Source: an uncultured Chthonomonadaceae bacterium (lineage in GTDB: Bacteria; Armatimonadota; Chthonomonadetes; Chthonomonadales; Chthonomonadaceae). Taken from it: a stretch of 64,000 bases of DNA. Position numbers and translations under genes: made by a program. Each line of letters begins with the position of its first letter. The stretch's first letter is position 1. Positions 1 to 10,272 of this stretch are shown piece by piece. Under the pieces are notes generated by a model. That model saw nothing but the letters and a program-made list of their open reading frames with translations. It did no database searches and was not told where the DNA came from. The stretch lies in assembly GCA_963817895.1 (NCBI GenBank), contig CAWFQB010000005.1, forward strand, positions 672,001 to 736,000. Direction: 5' to 3'.

Positions 1-2947
1 GGATGAATCCTGTTTTCTCTCCTCTTCTCCTTTTCTCCTTTTCTCCTTTTCTTCCTCCGCAACGAAGTTGCAGGCAAGCCAATCCAGCAATTCCGGGTGC
101 GTGGGCGGGTCGCCCTGATAGCCGAAGTCGTCTACGGATTTGACCAATCCCCTGCCGAACAGAGCGGCCCACTGGCGATTGACGACTACGCGGGCGGTGA
201 GCGGATTTTCGGGCGAGGCGATCCAGCGGGCGAAGGTCAGGCGGTTGGCGGGGGCGTTGACGGGGAAGGGCGGCAGAATAGCAGGTACGCCGGGAGTGAC
301 GGCTTCTTTGGGCTGTAGGTACTCGCCCCGGTGATGCACAGTCGTCACTCGTGGATTGTTGGCGGGACGCTCGACAAAGGCAAGCGCGGTGGGGTACGCG
401 GGCATGGTTCGGCGCAGTTGGGCAATCGCGTCACGTTCCGGCTGCAATTCCGGCGCGATGGACAGGAAGTAGGCGCGCAGGGTTTCCTGTTGTGCGGCTT
501 TGCGTTGTGAAGCCGAAACGAGCAGAGCGGATTCCACATCCGGCGGCAGGGCTTGCAGCCCGTCGGGAGTGTCGGACGTGACGGAAATGCGGAAGCGTCC
601 CAACGCGGCGGCGAAATACCGCTCGAACACCATGCGGATTGAAAAGGTATCGGCTTTGAGCGGGGCTGACAGGCGAAAAATGGCGACGGTTGCCTCGCCC
701 TGCCGTCCGCCGATGCTCCATCCGGTGAGAGGTTCGCCGTCTATTGCGGTTTGCGCCGGGTTGCCGCCGTTTTGGGTGGCGTCACGGAAGGACACGGGCT
801 TGCCGTTCGCGGTTGCGGTCAGTTCGCTCAGGAAGAAATCGCCCGCCCCGCCCTCATAAAACACGCGCCCCGGCCCATGCTGCGGCAAGCGTTCATCGGG
901 CAGAACTTCCAGCCGGATTGCGGTAACAGGCATATTGGCAGAATTGCGAAAATCCAGATCGTACACGTCGCGCTTGGTCATATCGCCACTGACGAAAATG
1001 GAATCGTCGTTCTGAACCGTCAGCAGGGGCAGGTTGCTTGTCGCCTTTGCAGGACGCAGAACGCGCCAGCGGACGGCGTTGGTTTGCGCCTGCTTCAGCC
1101 ATGCGCCGAACTTCTTGTCCAGATGTTCGCGGCTGCGGAGTTCAAGCGGGCGCGAATCGTTGTTGTCATGCCCCAAACTCAAGCGGAAGCGTCCAATCGT
1201 GTGATGCCCGCCGTAGTTTTGTTCCAATTGGAACGTCCACTTGCCGCCTTTTGGGAAATGCAGGGGTTTGTCGAGCGTGAAAATCGCGGTTCGGGCAACA
1301 TTCCAATTCCCCTGTCCCGCAATGGCCCAACCCGTATGACTATCGTCATCAAGGGCGTTTTGCGCGGGAAAGCCGTCCTGCGCGAAGTCGGCCACGCCGC
1401 GAACAAATTTAACGGGAACGCTTTTGTCGGGCGTATCTTTGGACGCAACCGTTGCCTTCAACTCGGTCAGGACAAAGTTGCCGTGCGGCGTTCGTCCCGG
1501 CCCATTGCTGCCAAGCGACGAATCGGGCAGAACTTCCAACTTCACCTGACTGACTTCCGAGATCGGTACTGTCCAGCGTGACTGTGTACGTGTCCAACTC
1601 CGGGTTTACGCCCGACAATCGCAGCGAATTATCCGGCAGCCGTTCTCCTGTTGCGCCGGAAACCGTTGCGATTGTGGCAGCGGGGGCGGCAGACCATTGC
1701 ACATCCGCTTCGGGCGGGAACTGCTCGGCCAGTTTCGCGGTTCGCGCCAGTGCTTGCGCTTCGATAGCGTTGCGTTTGGCGGTAATATCGGGCGTGGTCA
1801 CGTCAATGGTCGGCTCTTCCGTGTTGTCCAGACACGCCATGAAACCGTAATACTCTTTTTGCGTGATGGGATCGAACTTGTGTGTGTGGCACTGGGCGCA
1901 GCCGATTGTCAGGCCGAGCCATGCGGTTCCGGTTGTTGCCGTCCGGTCAACGAGCGAGTAAAAGCGGTATTCGAGCGGATCAATGCCGCCCTCCTCGTTG
2001 AGCATCGTGTTGCGGTGAAAGCCCGTCGCGATTTTCTGGTCAAGCGTGGCATTGGGAAGCATGTCGCCTGCGATCTGTTCAATCGTGAACTGATTGAACG
2101 GCATGTCATGGTTTAAGGCGTTGATAACCCAATCCCGGTACGGCCATACGGAACGCGGGCGGTCTTTTTCATAGCCGTTCGTGTCGGCGTAGCGGGCCAA
2201 ATCCAGCCAGCGGCGCGCCCACTTTTCGCCATAATGCGGGCTGTCAAGCAATCGGTCTACCAGTTTTTCGTAAGCGTCGGGAGCGGTGTCTTTCAGGAAA
2301 GCGTCGGCCTCTTCGGGCGTAGGCGGAATCCCGATAAGGTCCAGATACACGCGGCGAACGAGGGTATAGCGGTCGGCGGGCGGCGAAGGTTTCAATCCCT
2401 GCTGTTCCAGGCGGGCAAGGATAAAATTGTCAATCGGATTGCGCGGCCAATTCGTGTTCTTGACGCGGGGAACAGGCGCGGATTTGGGCGGCACAAACGC
2501 CCAATGCGGCTGATACGTCGCGCCGTTCGCAATCCACTGTTTCAGCGTATCTTTTTCTTTATTGGAAAGCGGCTTGTTGGCATACGCGGGCGGCATGATG
2601 TCGTTTCCATGCGAGAAAACGCGCGCCACAAGCGTACTCGCCTCCGGCTTGCCCGGCATAACCGCCTTCCGCCCACTGCTCAACAACGCCAACGCGCCCG
2701 CCCGCTGATCCAATCGCAATTTCGCCTGCCGCTGCCCCTCATCCGGCCCGTGACACTTGAAACAATGCTGCGACAAAATAGGCCGAACGTCGCGGTTATA
2801 ATCCACGCCGCGACCAACACCCGCGCTTTGTTTACCATTGAGTTCCGGTTTCCGAACCGCATTTTGCGCCACGCCACTCCCCGTAACTCCGGCAAGCGTC
2901 GCGCCCATCAGAAACATCAGAACTTTTCCCCGCCTGCTCACTGGCAT
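1..2947 (-). CDS. Planctomycete-type cytochrome c / DUF1549 (PSD1) / DUF1553 protein; several frameshifts, 3' end outside window
   Basis: ORF 1409..2947 has a signal peptide, [43 protein letters not shown] and [12 protein letters not shown]. Downstream frames resume with DUF1553 motifs ([24 protein letters not shown] near 70-100). Confidence 0.85.
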
Positions 2948-3066
2948 AATTCCAATTCTCTCCTCATCGCCCGTGTCACTCCATTGTGACGCCCCATTCC
3001 CGCCGATGTTGCTAATTCATGTTACTGCATACAACGCGCGTCTGCCACATTTTCGCGGTGAACTCC

Positions 3067-3095
3067 TTGACAACAGGGAATTCGCTGGCTATACT
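3067..3095 (+). promoter_or_regulatory. Sigma70-type promoter upstream of the TA cluster
   Basis: TTGACA (3067-3072), 17 bp spacer, TATACT (3090-3095). Confidence 0.6.
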
Positions 3096-3138
3096 GATGC
3101 TATATTTCCGTATGTTTATGCCCATAAGGATCGAAACT

Positions 3139-3387
3139 ATGGCTCTCTTAGAGGGTATTCAGCCCGTCTCAACCCCAACACCAACGCACGCCCCTTCCTT
3201 CCATAAACCAAAGGAAGAAATAGTTCCCTCTGCCCCTGATGTATCCGACGAGCAGGCTGCTCATTTCCATGTCGTGGATGAAGACGGCATACAGGTGCTG
3301 TCGTTTCCTGACCTGAAAGTAGAGAATTGGGACGCTCTGCTGGAGGAAGAAAGGGAAGCATTTGTCTCCTACACTGCCAAAAGTTGA
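3139..3387 (+). CDS. Putative antitoxin (small acidic protein)
   Basis: ATG 3139 after AAGGA; overlaps the start of the downstream PIN gene. Confidence 0.55.
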   Translation: MALLEGIQPVSTPTPTHAPSFHKPKEEIVPSAPDVSDEQAAHFHVVDEDGIQVLSFPDLKVENWDALLEEEREAFVSYTAKS

Positions 3388-3844
3388 TAAGGCGTTGTTT
3401 GATACCAACACCGTTATCGCGGCAACCATTCTACAGCATCCGCATCATGCGGCGGCTCTGGCGTGGTTTCAACGTGTCCGACGCAAAGAGATTGAAGGAT
3501 TTCTCAGTTCTCATTCTTTAGCCGAAATCTTCAGCATTTTAACGACGGAAAAAGGTCCGTTCAAACTTTCCGCCCAAGACGCATTAAGCCATATCAAGAA
3601 GGGTATTCTGCCTTACGTACAGGTTGTGTCTGTAGACGCCAACGATTATCTTTCGCTGCTGGAACATCTGGCGAGTATGGGGATAAAAGGCGCGAAAGTC
3701 TATGACGGCCTGATTGCTTTTGTGGCGTGGAAAGCAAACGTGGATTATCTCGTCACGATAAACAAGACTCATTTTGATGCTATCTTCCCCGCGTACAAAG
3801 ACAAAATCATCAATCCTGTGGCGAATGTAAATACCACTCCTTGA
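3362..3844 (+). CDS. PIN-domain (VapC-like) toxin
   Basis: LFDTNTVIA, SLAEIFS, VYDGLIA, LVTIN..HF PIN motifs. Confidence 0.85.
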   Translation: MSPTLPKVDKALFDTNTVIAATILQHPHHAAALAWFQRVRRKEIEGFLSSHSLAEIFSILTTEKGPFKLSAQDALSHIKKGILPYVQVVSVDANDYLSLLEHLASMGIKGAKVYDGLIAFVAWKANVDYLVTINKTHFDAIFPAYKDKIINPVANVNTTP

Positions 3845-3886
3845 TATATCAGAGTTGTCGAAGCAAAGGAATTAAAGGAAAACCTG

Positions 3887-4114
3887 ATGATAAAAACACT
3901 GCAAAAGCACGGGAACAGTCAGGCGTTGGTGCTGGATAAGACGATCATGGAGATGCTGAACATAGACGCCGACACGCCGCTACAGGTCAGCGTCAGCAAC
4001 GGTTCCCTGATTGTCACGCCCGTCAACCGGGGCATTGCGCCCGAAGAGGTCACAGACTCGCTGAACCGATTACGGCCCCGTTACAAACAGATGCTTGAAA
4101 ACCTTGCTAAATGA
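3887..4114 (+). CDS. AbrB/MazE-family antitoxin
   Basis: LQKHGNSQALVLDK..MLNI..LIVTP; stop overlaps the doc-type start. Confidence 0.85.
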   Translation: MIKTLQKHGNSQALVLDKTIMEMLNIDADTPLQVSVSNGSLIVTPVNRGIAPEEVTDSLNRLRPRYKQMLENLAK

Positions 4115-4554
4115 GTGTGCCGGGGAGCGAGCCGAACATGATTGACGAAAACGCCATTCGTTTTCTTGATGTTGCCAACGTGATTGCCATTCATGCTGAT
4201 ACCATACAGAAGGAGGGCGGTCTGGCGGGAATACGCGACATGGGGTTGCTGGAATCGGCGGTTGCCATGCCGCAGCAGCAATGGGCTGGCGTTGTGTTGC
4301 ATCCCGGACTGGCCGCAAAAGCCGCGGCGTACCTTTTCCACATTACCGCCAACCACGCCTTTGCCGATGGCAACAAACGCGCGGGCGTTCTATCCGCCCT
4401 CGTGTTTTTGGATCAAAACGGCGTAGACATCGAGCAGTTGCCGCCGCAGGAAGAACTGGAAAAAGTCACGATGGACGTAGCCGCAGGCAAAATGAGCAAA
4501 GAGGAACTGACCACATGGATGCGCAAGGCTTTGAGTGAGCCAGAGGAACTCTGA
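4111..4554 (+). CDS. Fic/Doc death-on-curing toxin
   Basis: GIRDMGLLESAV and HAFADGNKRAG Fic motif. Confidence 0.9.
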   Translation: MSVPGSEPNMIDENAIRFLDVANVIAIHADTIQKEGGLAGIRDMGLLESAVAMPQQQWAGVVLHPGLAAKAAAYLFHITANHAFADGNKRAGVLSALVFLDQNGVDIEQLPPQEELEKVTMDVAAGKMSKEELTTWMRKALSEPEEL

Positions 4555-4586
4555 TTGTCCTCCGTGTTATCATGCTAGAGAGGTAG

Positions 4587-4805
4587 TCAGGGTTCTTCCA
4601 CCGGCGCAATTAAATACGATACATGGTGCAGTATGACAACATAAAGTTCATTTATAGTTGTCTCTATGGTAACACGCTCGTCATCTTGGTCTACACGGTT
4701 CTGGCCGACGATAACTCGTGCCGCCTGCATTACGGCCCTTCTTAGTGCTGCCTCTTGTGTTTTCTGCTCCTGATCCATGCTATGTCCTCCTAAATCATTT
4801 TGCAC
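4587..4805 (-). CDS. Small hypothetical protein
   Basis: ORF co-oriented with the two upstream genes; internal GGAGGA before MDQEQ. Confidence 0.4.
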   Translation of the reverse strand: MQNDLGGHSMDQEQKTQEAALRRAVMQAARVIVGQNRVDQDDERVTIETTINELYVVILHHVSYLIAPVEEP

Positions 4806-4874
4806 TCCAGTCTCGTCTGCGCAGGCAGTGGCGTATCCATAGTATTCCTGCGTAAAGGCGACACCGAGGTTGTT

Positions 4875-5609
4875 TTATGAAGGCTGCTCGTCAGAGGTAG
4901 ATACGCCGATGTAGGGTAGGTTCCGAAAGCAGACGTGTTGATCCATGCCGTAGCCAACTACCCAACCTGCTTCAACCTGAAAACCCGTATAGCGAACTTC
5001 CGGCACAGGGATATAGTGTTCTTGGAGTTTGTTGATGAGGACGCAGGCTTTTACCCTGCGCGGGTGTTGCTCATAAAGGGCGCTGATGACAGCATCAAGT
5101 GTCTGCCCTGTGTGCATCAGAGTGTCTACGAGCAACACCTGCTTACCCGCAACGGAAAACGGAATCTGCTGTGTTGCCCGGAATTGCGAAATGTCCAGAG
5201 ACTGCACTTCTACGGGCAGTTGATTGCCAATTTCGCGTACCAGATCGGCAACGAACAACGCGGCTTGCGGCAACATTCCCACGAGGCACACAGACATTCC
5301 GGTTTTAGCGTAATCCTGTACGATTTGCGTACTCAGTTCGGCAACCCTGCGCGCGATTTGTTCCGGTGAAAACAGTACGGCAATGTCACCATTCAGGTTC
5401 GCCATAGTCGGCAGGAGAGGTTCCTCCTCGATAAAAGCAGGAAGCGTATAGGGAAGGTCATTGTCACCGGTGATATTGCCTTCCAACCTGCCTTCACGAA
5501 GCGCGGTCAGGAACGGGTCTTTTTGTTCCGTTGCTTCTGCCATTTTCGGCGAGTCGTATGCTTGTACAGTCATGCTGGTATTCCCGTCGCTGCAAACGAT
5601 GTTCCTCAC
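4875..5609 (-). CDS. Divergent hypoxanthine phosphoribosyltransferase-like protein
   Basis: VLFSPEQIARRVAELS, FVADLVR, VLLVDTLMHTGQTL, YTGF..WVVGYGMD..RNLPYIG. Confidence 0.75.
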   Translation of the reverse strand: MRNIVCSDGNTSMTVQAYDSPKMAEATEQKDPFLTALREGRLEGNITGDNDLPYTLPAFIEEEPLLPTMANLNGDIAVLFSPEQIARRVAELSTQIVQDYAKTGMSVCLVGMLPQAALFVADLVREIGNQLPVEVQSLDISQFRATQQIPFSVAGKQVLLVDTLMHTGQTLDAVISALYEQHPRRVKACVLINKLQEHYIPVPEVRYTGFQVEAGWVVGYGMDQHVCFRNLPYIGVSTSDEQPS

Positions 5610-5630
5610 GGATACACAGTGAATTATCTG

Positions 5631-6284
5631 TCAGGGAAGCCATCCCAAATCCCCGAACATATCCTCAATCGCCGCGTGAATGGCGCGAAATTCTGCTGAG
5701 TCCCAATGCCATTGCGGACCGTCAGCAGGATGCCGAAAGACATCTAACTGCCGCTTGCCTTCATTCGTGCCATATTGTTCAAGCACGTATTGGGCGTAAC
5801 TTCGCGCCCATAGTTCCGTCGGATGCAGAAGATAATCGTAAACTCTTTGTTCTGTCGGGGAGGTCCGCTTCTGCTCATCGGCTAACCGCTGTACCAACGC
5901 GCTTTCCTGTACCGCCTGACGCCATCTTTGCATGGCAGGGAGCGAACTTCTTTCCGAAGCAAAGCGGCAATCGGTATCCAGAAAAACATAATCCAGATGA
6001 TGACCGACTTCGTGATAGAATACCAATTCCACAATCGGGCAGTCATTCGCAACTACGATCCGGTGCGGCCACCACTGGTACTCGCCACATCTATCTTTGA
6101 AAACGCCCCTGTGCTGCTGATAATCAACGTCCGCAATACAAACCTCTGCATGTTCCGGCCATAGCCAACACCAGTGGATATTGTCAAGAGCGATAAGCGC
6201 GTCCTGAATCTTGCTGCGAACCGCTTCATTCGCGCTTGGTGAAATATCCAGAGATCGGCTCACAGGAGCGACCGTTCTATACAT
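5631..6284 (-). CDS. Zincin-like (HExxH) hypothetical protein
   Basis: FYHEVGHHLD plus downstream YLLHPTELWARSYAQY, a layout typical of MPTase/ATLF-like domains. Confidence 0.6.
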   Translation of the reverse strand: MYRTVAPVSRSLDISPSANEAVRSKIQDALIALDNIHWCWLWPEHAEVCIADVDYQQHRGVFKDRCGEYQWWPHRIVVANDCPIVELVFYHEVGHHLDYVFLDTDCRFASERSSLPAMQRWRQAVQESALVQRLADEQKRTSPTEQRVYDYLLHPTELWARSYAQYVLEQYGTNEGKRQLDVFRHPADGPQWHWDSAEFRAIHAAIEDMFGDLGWLP

Positions 6285-6452
6285 CTGTTTTGTCTCAGTC
6301 CGTTAGTATTGAGAACTTCCCTATCTCTCTTCATTTACCATGCTACCGTATCTTCCGCGCCTTGTCAAGCGTCTGTCATGAGGGCGTAACAGAGAGTGTC
6401 CTTCAACCTTTTGAACGATAGATGAGGTCGAATTTGCTTTCGAGAACCGTCC

Positions 6453-6494
6453 CATTCTGGAAACAGAGGAAATTCCCCTGCCCGCCGCGAATGA
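6453..6494 (+). repeat. 42-bp direct repeat of the SRPBCC gene 3' end (other copy 14068-14109)
   Basis: cattctggaaacagagga(a/g)attcccctgcccgccgcgaatga, 1 mismatch. Confidence 0.9.
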
Positions 6495-6579
6495 CAACGC
6501 GAAGTAAATCTTGCAGTTGGGCTGTGGTATCATAGTCGAAAGAAGTACATCTCCCTCTCGTGTTTTGTTGAGGTTATTC

Positions 6580-6669
6580 ATGCCCGCTCAAGATTTTATT
6601 CATCAACCCGTGAAGAACGCGCTGCTCAAACCTGAAATGCGGCCTTATACCGAATTTGCCATCGCCTGA
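6580..6669 (+). pseudogene. XisH N-terminus/XisI C-terminus deletion remnant (29 aa)
   Basis: MPAQDFIHQPVKNALLK-PEMRPYTEFAIA*; the two halves match the start of the adjacent XisH and the end of the adjacent XisI. Confidence 0.7.
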
Positions 6670-6731
6670 TATAGCTTGTGCAGGAGAAGCAAAACATCAT
6701 TCGCGCTTCTGTTCTCACTGTGGAAAACTGA

Positions 6732-7167
6732 ATGCCTGTAGAAGATAAAATTCATAGCGCGGTACGAAACGCGCTTATCAAAGACGGCTGGACGATTACA
6801 CAAGAGCCGTTCACTATCGAATACGAGTCAGATCGTTTCTACGCGGATATTTTGCGCTTTTCGCGAAGAGGATACTGACGGAACACGGCGCGTCATTGTT
6901 GTGGAGGTCAAAACTTTCGCAGGCGCATCGCCAATGCGGGAATTTGAATTAGCGCTCGGCCAGTATGAAATCTACCGGGACTTACTGGAAATGAACGCGC
7001 TCGGCTACGACCTTTACCTTGCAATTGATAGTGACGCCTACCGGAAGCTATCGCTTCGCCCAACGTTTCGATTGATTTGCGTGCGGCATCGTGTGGCGCT
7101 TCTGATTGTGGAAGCGCAAACGGAGGAGATTGTTCAATGGATAAACGCGACACCTACGCCGCCATAG
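6732..7167 (+). CDS. XisH-family protein (frameshift near 6850)
   Basis: MPVEDKIHSAVRNALIKDGWTIT, then another frame VEVKTF..ALGQY..EEIVQWI. Confidence 0.8.
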
Positions 7168-7478
7168 TTCGGGAAACGCTTGCCCGGTCGCCCTATTATG
7201 TCTATGGCTCCACAAACAAGGAGATCGAGACGGAACTTATCTGCGACGACGCCAAAGGGCAGTATATGCTGCTCGACATCGGCTGGCGCGACGGCAAACG
7301 CGCGTTTCATCCCATTGTGTATGTACGTATCAAGAATGACAAAATCTGGATGGAAGAGGATTGGACAGAGGACGGCATCACGGACGATTTGCTGCGGGCG
7401 GGCGTTCCAAAAGAGGACATCGTTCTGGCATTCCATTCTCCTGACAGGCGACCTTACACCGAGTTCGCCGTCGCCTAA
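7137..7478 (+). CDS. XisI-family protein
   Basis: GW..KIWMEEDWTEDGI..L.RAGVPKEDIVLAFH. Confidence 0.9.
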   Translation: MDKRDTYAAIVRETLARSPYYVYGSTNKEIETELICDDAKGQYMLLDIGWRDGKRAFHPIVYVRIKNDKIWMEEDWTEDGITDDLLRAGVPKEDIVLAFHSPDRRPYTEFAVA

Positions 7479-7550
7479 TGTATAATGAAAATTCGTGCGA
7501 TTAGAGTGTCTTGGCGTATACTCAATGTAGCCCTCAATCAGTAGGATGAT

Positions 7551-8385
7551 ATGGCAATCGATCCAATAATTAGCAATGCTAGTGCCGCAACTCGCCACTA
7601 CATCTCCGCCCGTTCTGTCATTATAGGGGGAGTAACTGAAGATGGACAGTATTTTCACACGGGATCAGGAACCTGTGTCAGCATAGGGAAGCGCTTCTTT
7701 ATCGCTACAGCGGCACATGTAGTTATGTCCCAATCCAATGGCAATATATTTGTTGTCAACGGTAAGGAAGCACATGCAATCAATTGTAATGTTGTGATTG
7801 GGATGGGATACCGAGGAGGAAAAGAGCAAGATATAGTTGATATTGCTTGGCTTGAGGTTGATGCCACTCAACTGCCCTTGAAGTCCTTCATCAATGTGAC
7901 ACAACTAAAACCAGACACAGTACATGTTCCTGACGATTGGCTATTGATACACGGCTATCCACAAGAATGGCAAACTAAAGAGGGCGAAGGAGAATTAGCT
8001 GCTGACTCAATTACTCATTCAACTACTACCATAGAATCCGATGAATTGGCCTACTACTTATGATAGCAATGGCGATGAACAACCATTATGGAACACATCG
8101 AATGACATAATCATTGATTATACTGACGAAGGTAATACGTTGGAAAGTGGCGAAAGTGTCGAACTTCCTCTTGGCGACGGAATGAGCGGAGGAGGAGTTT
8201 GGGTAGCAAGACCCGTAGGTGACTATACTTGGCGACCGGATACTATAATTTGGCAGCCTGAAGCTAAACTGGTGGGGATAATTAGAACATGGCGGTCTTA
8301 TGAGCATTTAATTCGTGGGACGCAAATTGGACACTGGCTAACCATGATATATGAAGACATTCCAGAACTTCGAGATTCACCGTAA
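7551..8385 (+). CDS. Trypsin-like serine protease (split by a frameshift near 8055)
   Basis: GSGT..IATAAHV, DIAWLE, then GMSGGGVW in the next frame; AT-rich. Confidence 0.75.
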
Positions 8386-8455
8386 ACCTCAAGAGGGCTA
8401 AAAAGTTGAGAGGTAAGTGTTTGGATTGGATTCATGTCTTTGATTTACTTGCCAT

Positions 8456-8570
8456 TACTGAGCGTTGCATAAAGAAATTAACTTTGCCCGGTCGCTGGAA
8501 CTGGTAGATATAATCCTAAGTACGGTGTTCACTCTGTTCTGGATTTTACTTCTTTATGCAACGCTCAGTA
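8456..8570. mobile_element. MITE-like element, 21-bp terminal inverted repeats
   Basis: TACTGAGCGTTGCATAAAGAA ... TTCTTTATGCAACGCTCAGTA; inverted second copy at 12311-12424. Confidence 0.75.
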
Positions 8571-8686
8571 ACTTAAATGCCCCCTTTTCAATGAAAAGTC
8601 ACTACCCCTGTGTGCCACAATAGGTTGAGACAAAATCCCGTACACGAAATAGTGTAGATCGCCAGGGCGGAGAATGGATTTCTCAG

Positions 8687-9133
8687 ATGAATACGCCGTT
8701 GACAGACAGCCCAACCACTCGCCTCACCAACAATGGACACCACAGCGCGCCCTCCCCCGCGCTGCGCCCGGAGGCGCAGGTGCAAACGCGCCCCACGCGC
8801 CGCCGCTTTACCGCTGCGTACAAGCTGCGCATCCTTAAAGAAGCCGACGCCTGCGTCAAGCCGGGAGAGTTGGGGGCGCTGCTTCGCCGCGAAGGGCTGT
8901 ACTCCTCCACGCTTGCCAACTTCCGCAAACTGCGCGAGGCGGGTCAGTTGGGCGAGAAGAACTCTGCCCAGGCGCAGAAGCAGCGCAAAGACAAAGAAGC
9001 CGCCCGCCAACGCGATGCCCGCAGGATGGCCGCTCTGGAAACCGAGAACCAGAAACTGCGCGTTCTGCTGGAACTCCAAAAAAAAGTAGCGGCCTTGCTC
9101 GACCTGACACTGGAAGAAACGCCGCCCGAATAA
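8687..9133 (+). CDS. IS3 transposase OrfA
   Basis: RRRFTAAYKLRIL..GELGALLRREGLYSS helix-turn-helix. Confidence 0.85.
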   Translation: MNTPLTDSPTTRLTNNGHHSAPSPALRPEAQVQTRPTRRRFTAAYKLRILKEADACVKPGELGALLRREGLYSSTLANFRKLREAGQLGEKNSAQAQKQRKDKEAARQRDARRMAALETENQKLRVLLELQKKVAALLDLTLEETPPE

Positions 9134-9186
9134 GCCTGGTTGCCGAAGCGGGCGCAACGACCGGGATTGGCCGCGCCTGTGATGCG

Positions 9187-10176
9187 GTGCAACTGAGCCG
9201 CGCCCGCTTCTACCGGGAGCAACACGCTGGTACGGGCACAATCCAAGAAGGCGTCCTTGTTCCCAAAGCACAACGGGGTTCTCCTCGCCGCTTGTCGGAA
9301 GAGGAACGCGCCCTGTTGCTCAATCTACTCTTGTCGGAACGCTTTGTAGACGCTTCGCCCCGGCAGGTGTATGCGCAATTGCTGCAAGAAGGCGTGTATC
9401 ACGCTTCCTATCGCACGATGTATCGCCTGCTGCACGAACACCAAGCCATCTGTGAGCGTCGGCGGGTTCGCAGGCATCCGGCGTATAGCAAACCTGAACT
9501 TAAGGCAACCGGCCCTAATCAGGTGTGGACATGGGACATCACCTACTTGAAGACGCCCATTCGGGGTCGCTTCTATTACTTATATGTGGTTATGGACATC
9601 TACAGTCGTTATGTGGTCGGCTGGATGCTCGCAGACCGGGAGTGTCAATACCTGGCGCACAAGCTGCTGCAAGAAACCTGTCGTAAATACAACATCGCGC
9701 CTAACCAACTCACCCTCCATGCGGATCGCGGCGGGCCGATGAAAAGCCAGTCGGTAGCGCAGCTCTTACTTTCGTTGCAGGTGACCCGTTCGCACAGCCG
9801 CCCGCGTGTCAGCAACGACAACCCGTACTCGGAAGCCGGGTTCAAAACGATGAAGTACAGCGCCTACTTCCCGGAGCGCTTTAGCAGCCAGGAAGACGCG
9901 CAGACGTTCTGCCAGGACTACTTTGTCGGGTACAATACGTGCCACCACCATACCGGCTTGGTGTTGCTTACGCCCGAACAGGTGCATTTCGGCGAAGCAA
10001 CGCAGGTATTGGCGCAGCGGCAAGTCACGTTAGATAACGCCTATGCCGCGCATCCGCAACGCTTTCGAGAGCGTCCGCAGGCGGGGCAGTTACCCGAACG
10101 TCGTCTGGATCAATGCGCCTGCGTTGCCCGTTGGCGAAGGCACAGCACCGGTTGCCGGTTGAGTGGCGAGGAATGA
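9187..10176 (+). CDS. IS3 transposase OrfB (rve/DDE)
   Basis: PNQVWTWDITY, HADRG, DNPYSEAGFKTMK. Confidence 0.9.
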   Translation: MQLSRARFYREQHAGTGTIQEGVLVPKAQRGSPRRLSEEERALLLNLLLSERFVDASPRQVYAQLLQEGVYHASYRTMYRLLHEHQAICERRRVRRHPAYSKPELKATGPNQVWTWDITYLKTPIRGRFYYLYVVMDIYSRYVVGWMLADRECQYLAHKLLQETCRKYNIAPNQLTLHADRGGPMKSQSVAQLLLSLQVTRSHSRPRVSNDNPYSEAGFKTMKYSAYFPERFSSQEDAQTFCQDYFVGYNTCHHHTGLVLLTPEQVHFGEATQVLAQRQVTLDNAYAAHPQRFRERPQAGQLPERRLDQCACVARWRRHSTGCRLSGEE

Positions 10177-10272
10177 CTGCTCGCTACATAAAAATACTTT
10201 CGCTTTTTGTCTCAAAATCCTTGACACATTCCGTACCGTCACCCGCATTCGTCAGATGCCCGTATATTAGGT

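Larger units (their letters stand above)
8611..10228 (+). mobile_element. IS3-family insertion sequence
   Basis: TG..CA ends, imperfect TIRs TGTG(C/T)CA..TTGAGACAAAA, orfA + orfB, A8G slippery site at 9078-9086. Confidence 0.85.

Noticed and set aside
6732..7478. XisH/XisI as evidence of a heterocyst-type excision element
   Set aside because: There is no XisF recombinase or interrupted nif/fdxN gene; xisHI pairs are widespread on their own.
8456..8570. Integron attC site
   Set aside because: It has long perfect TIRs rather than RYYYAAC/GTTRRRY cores, and no integrase is present.
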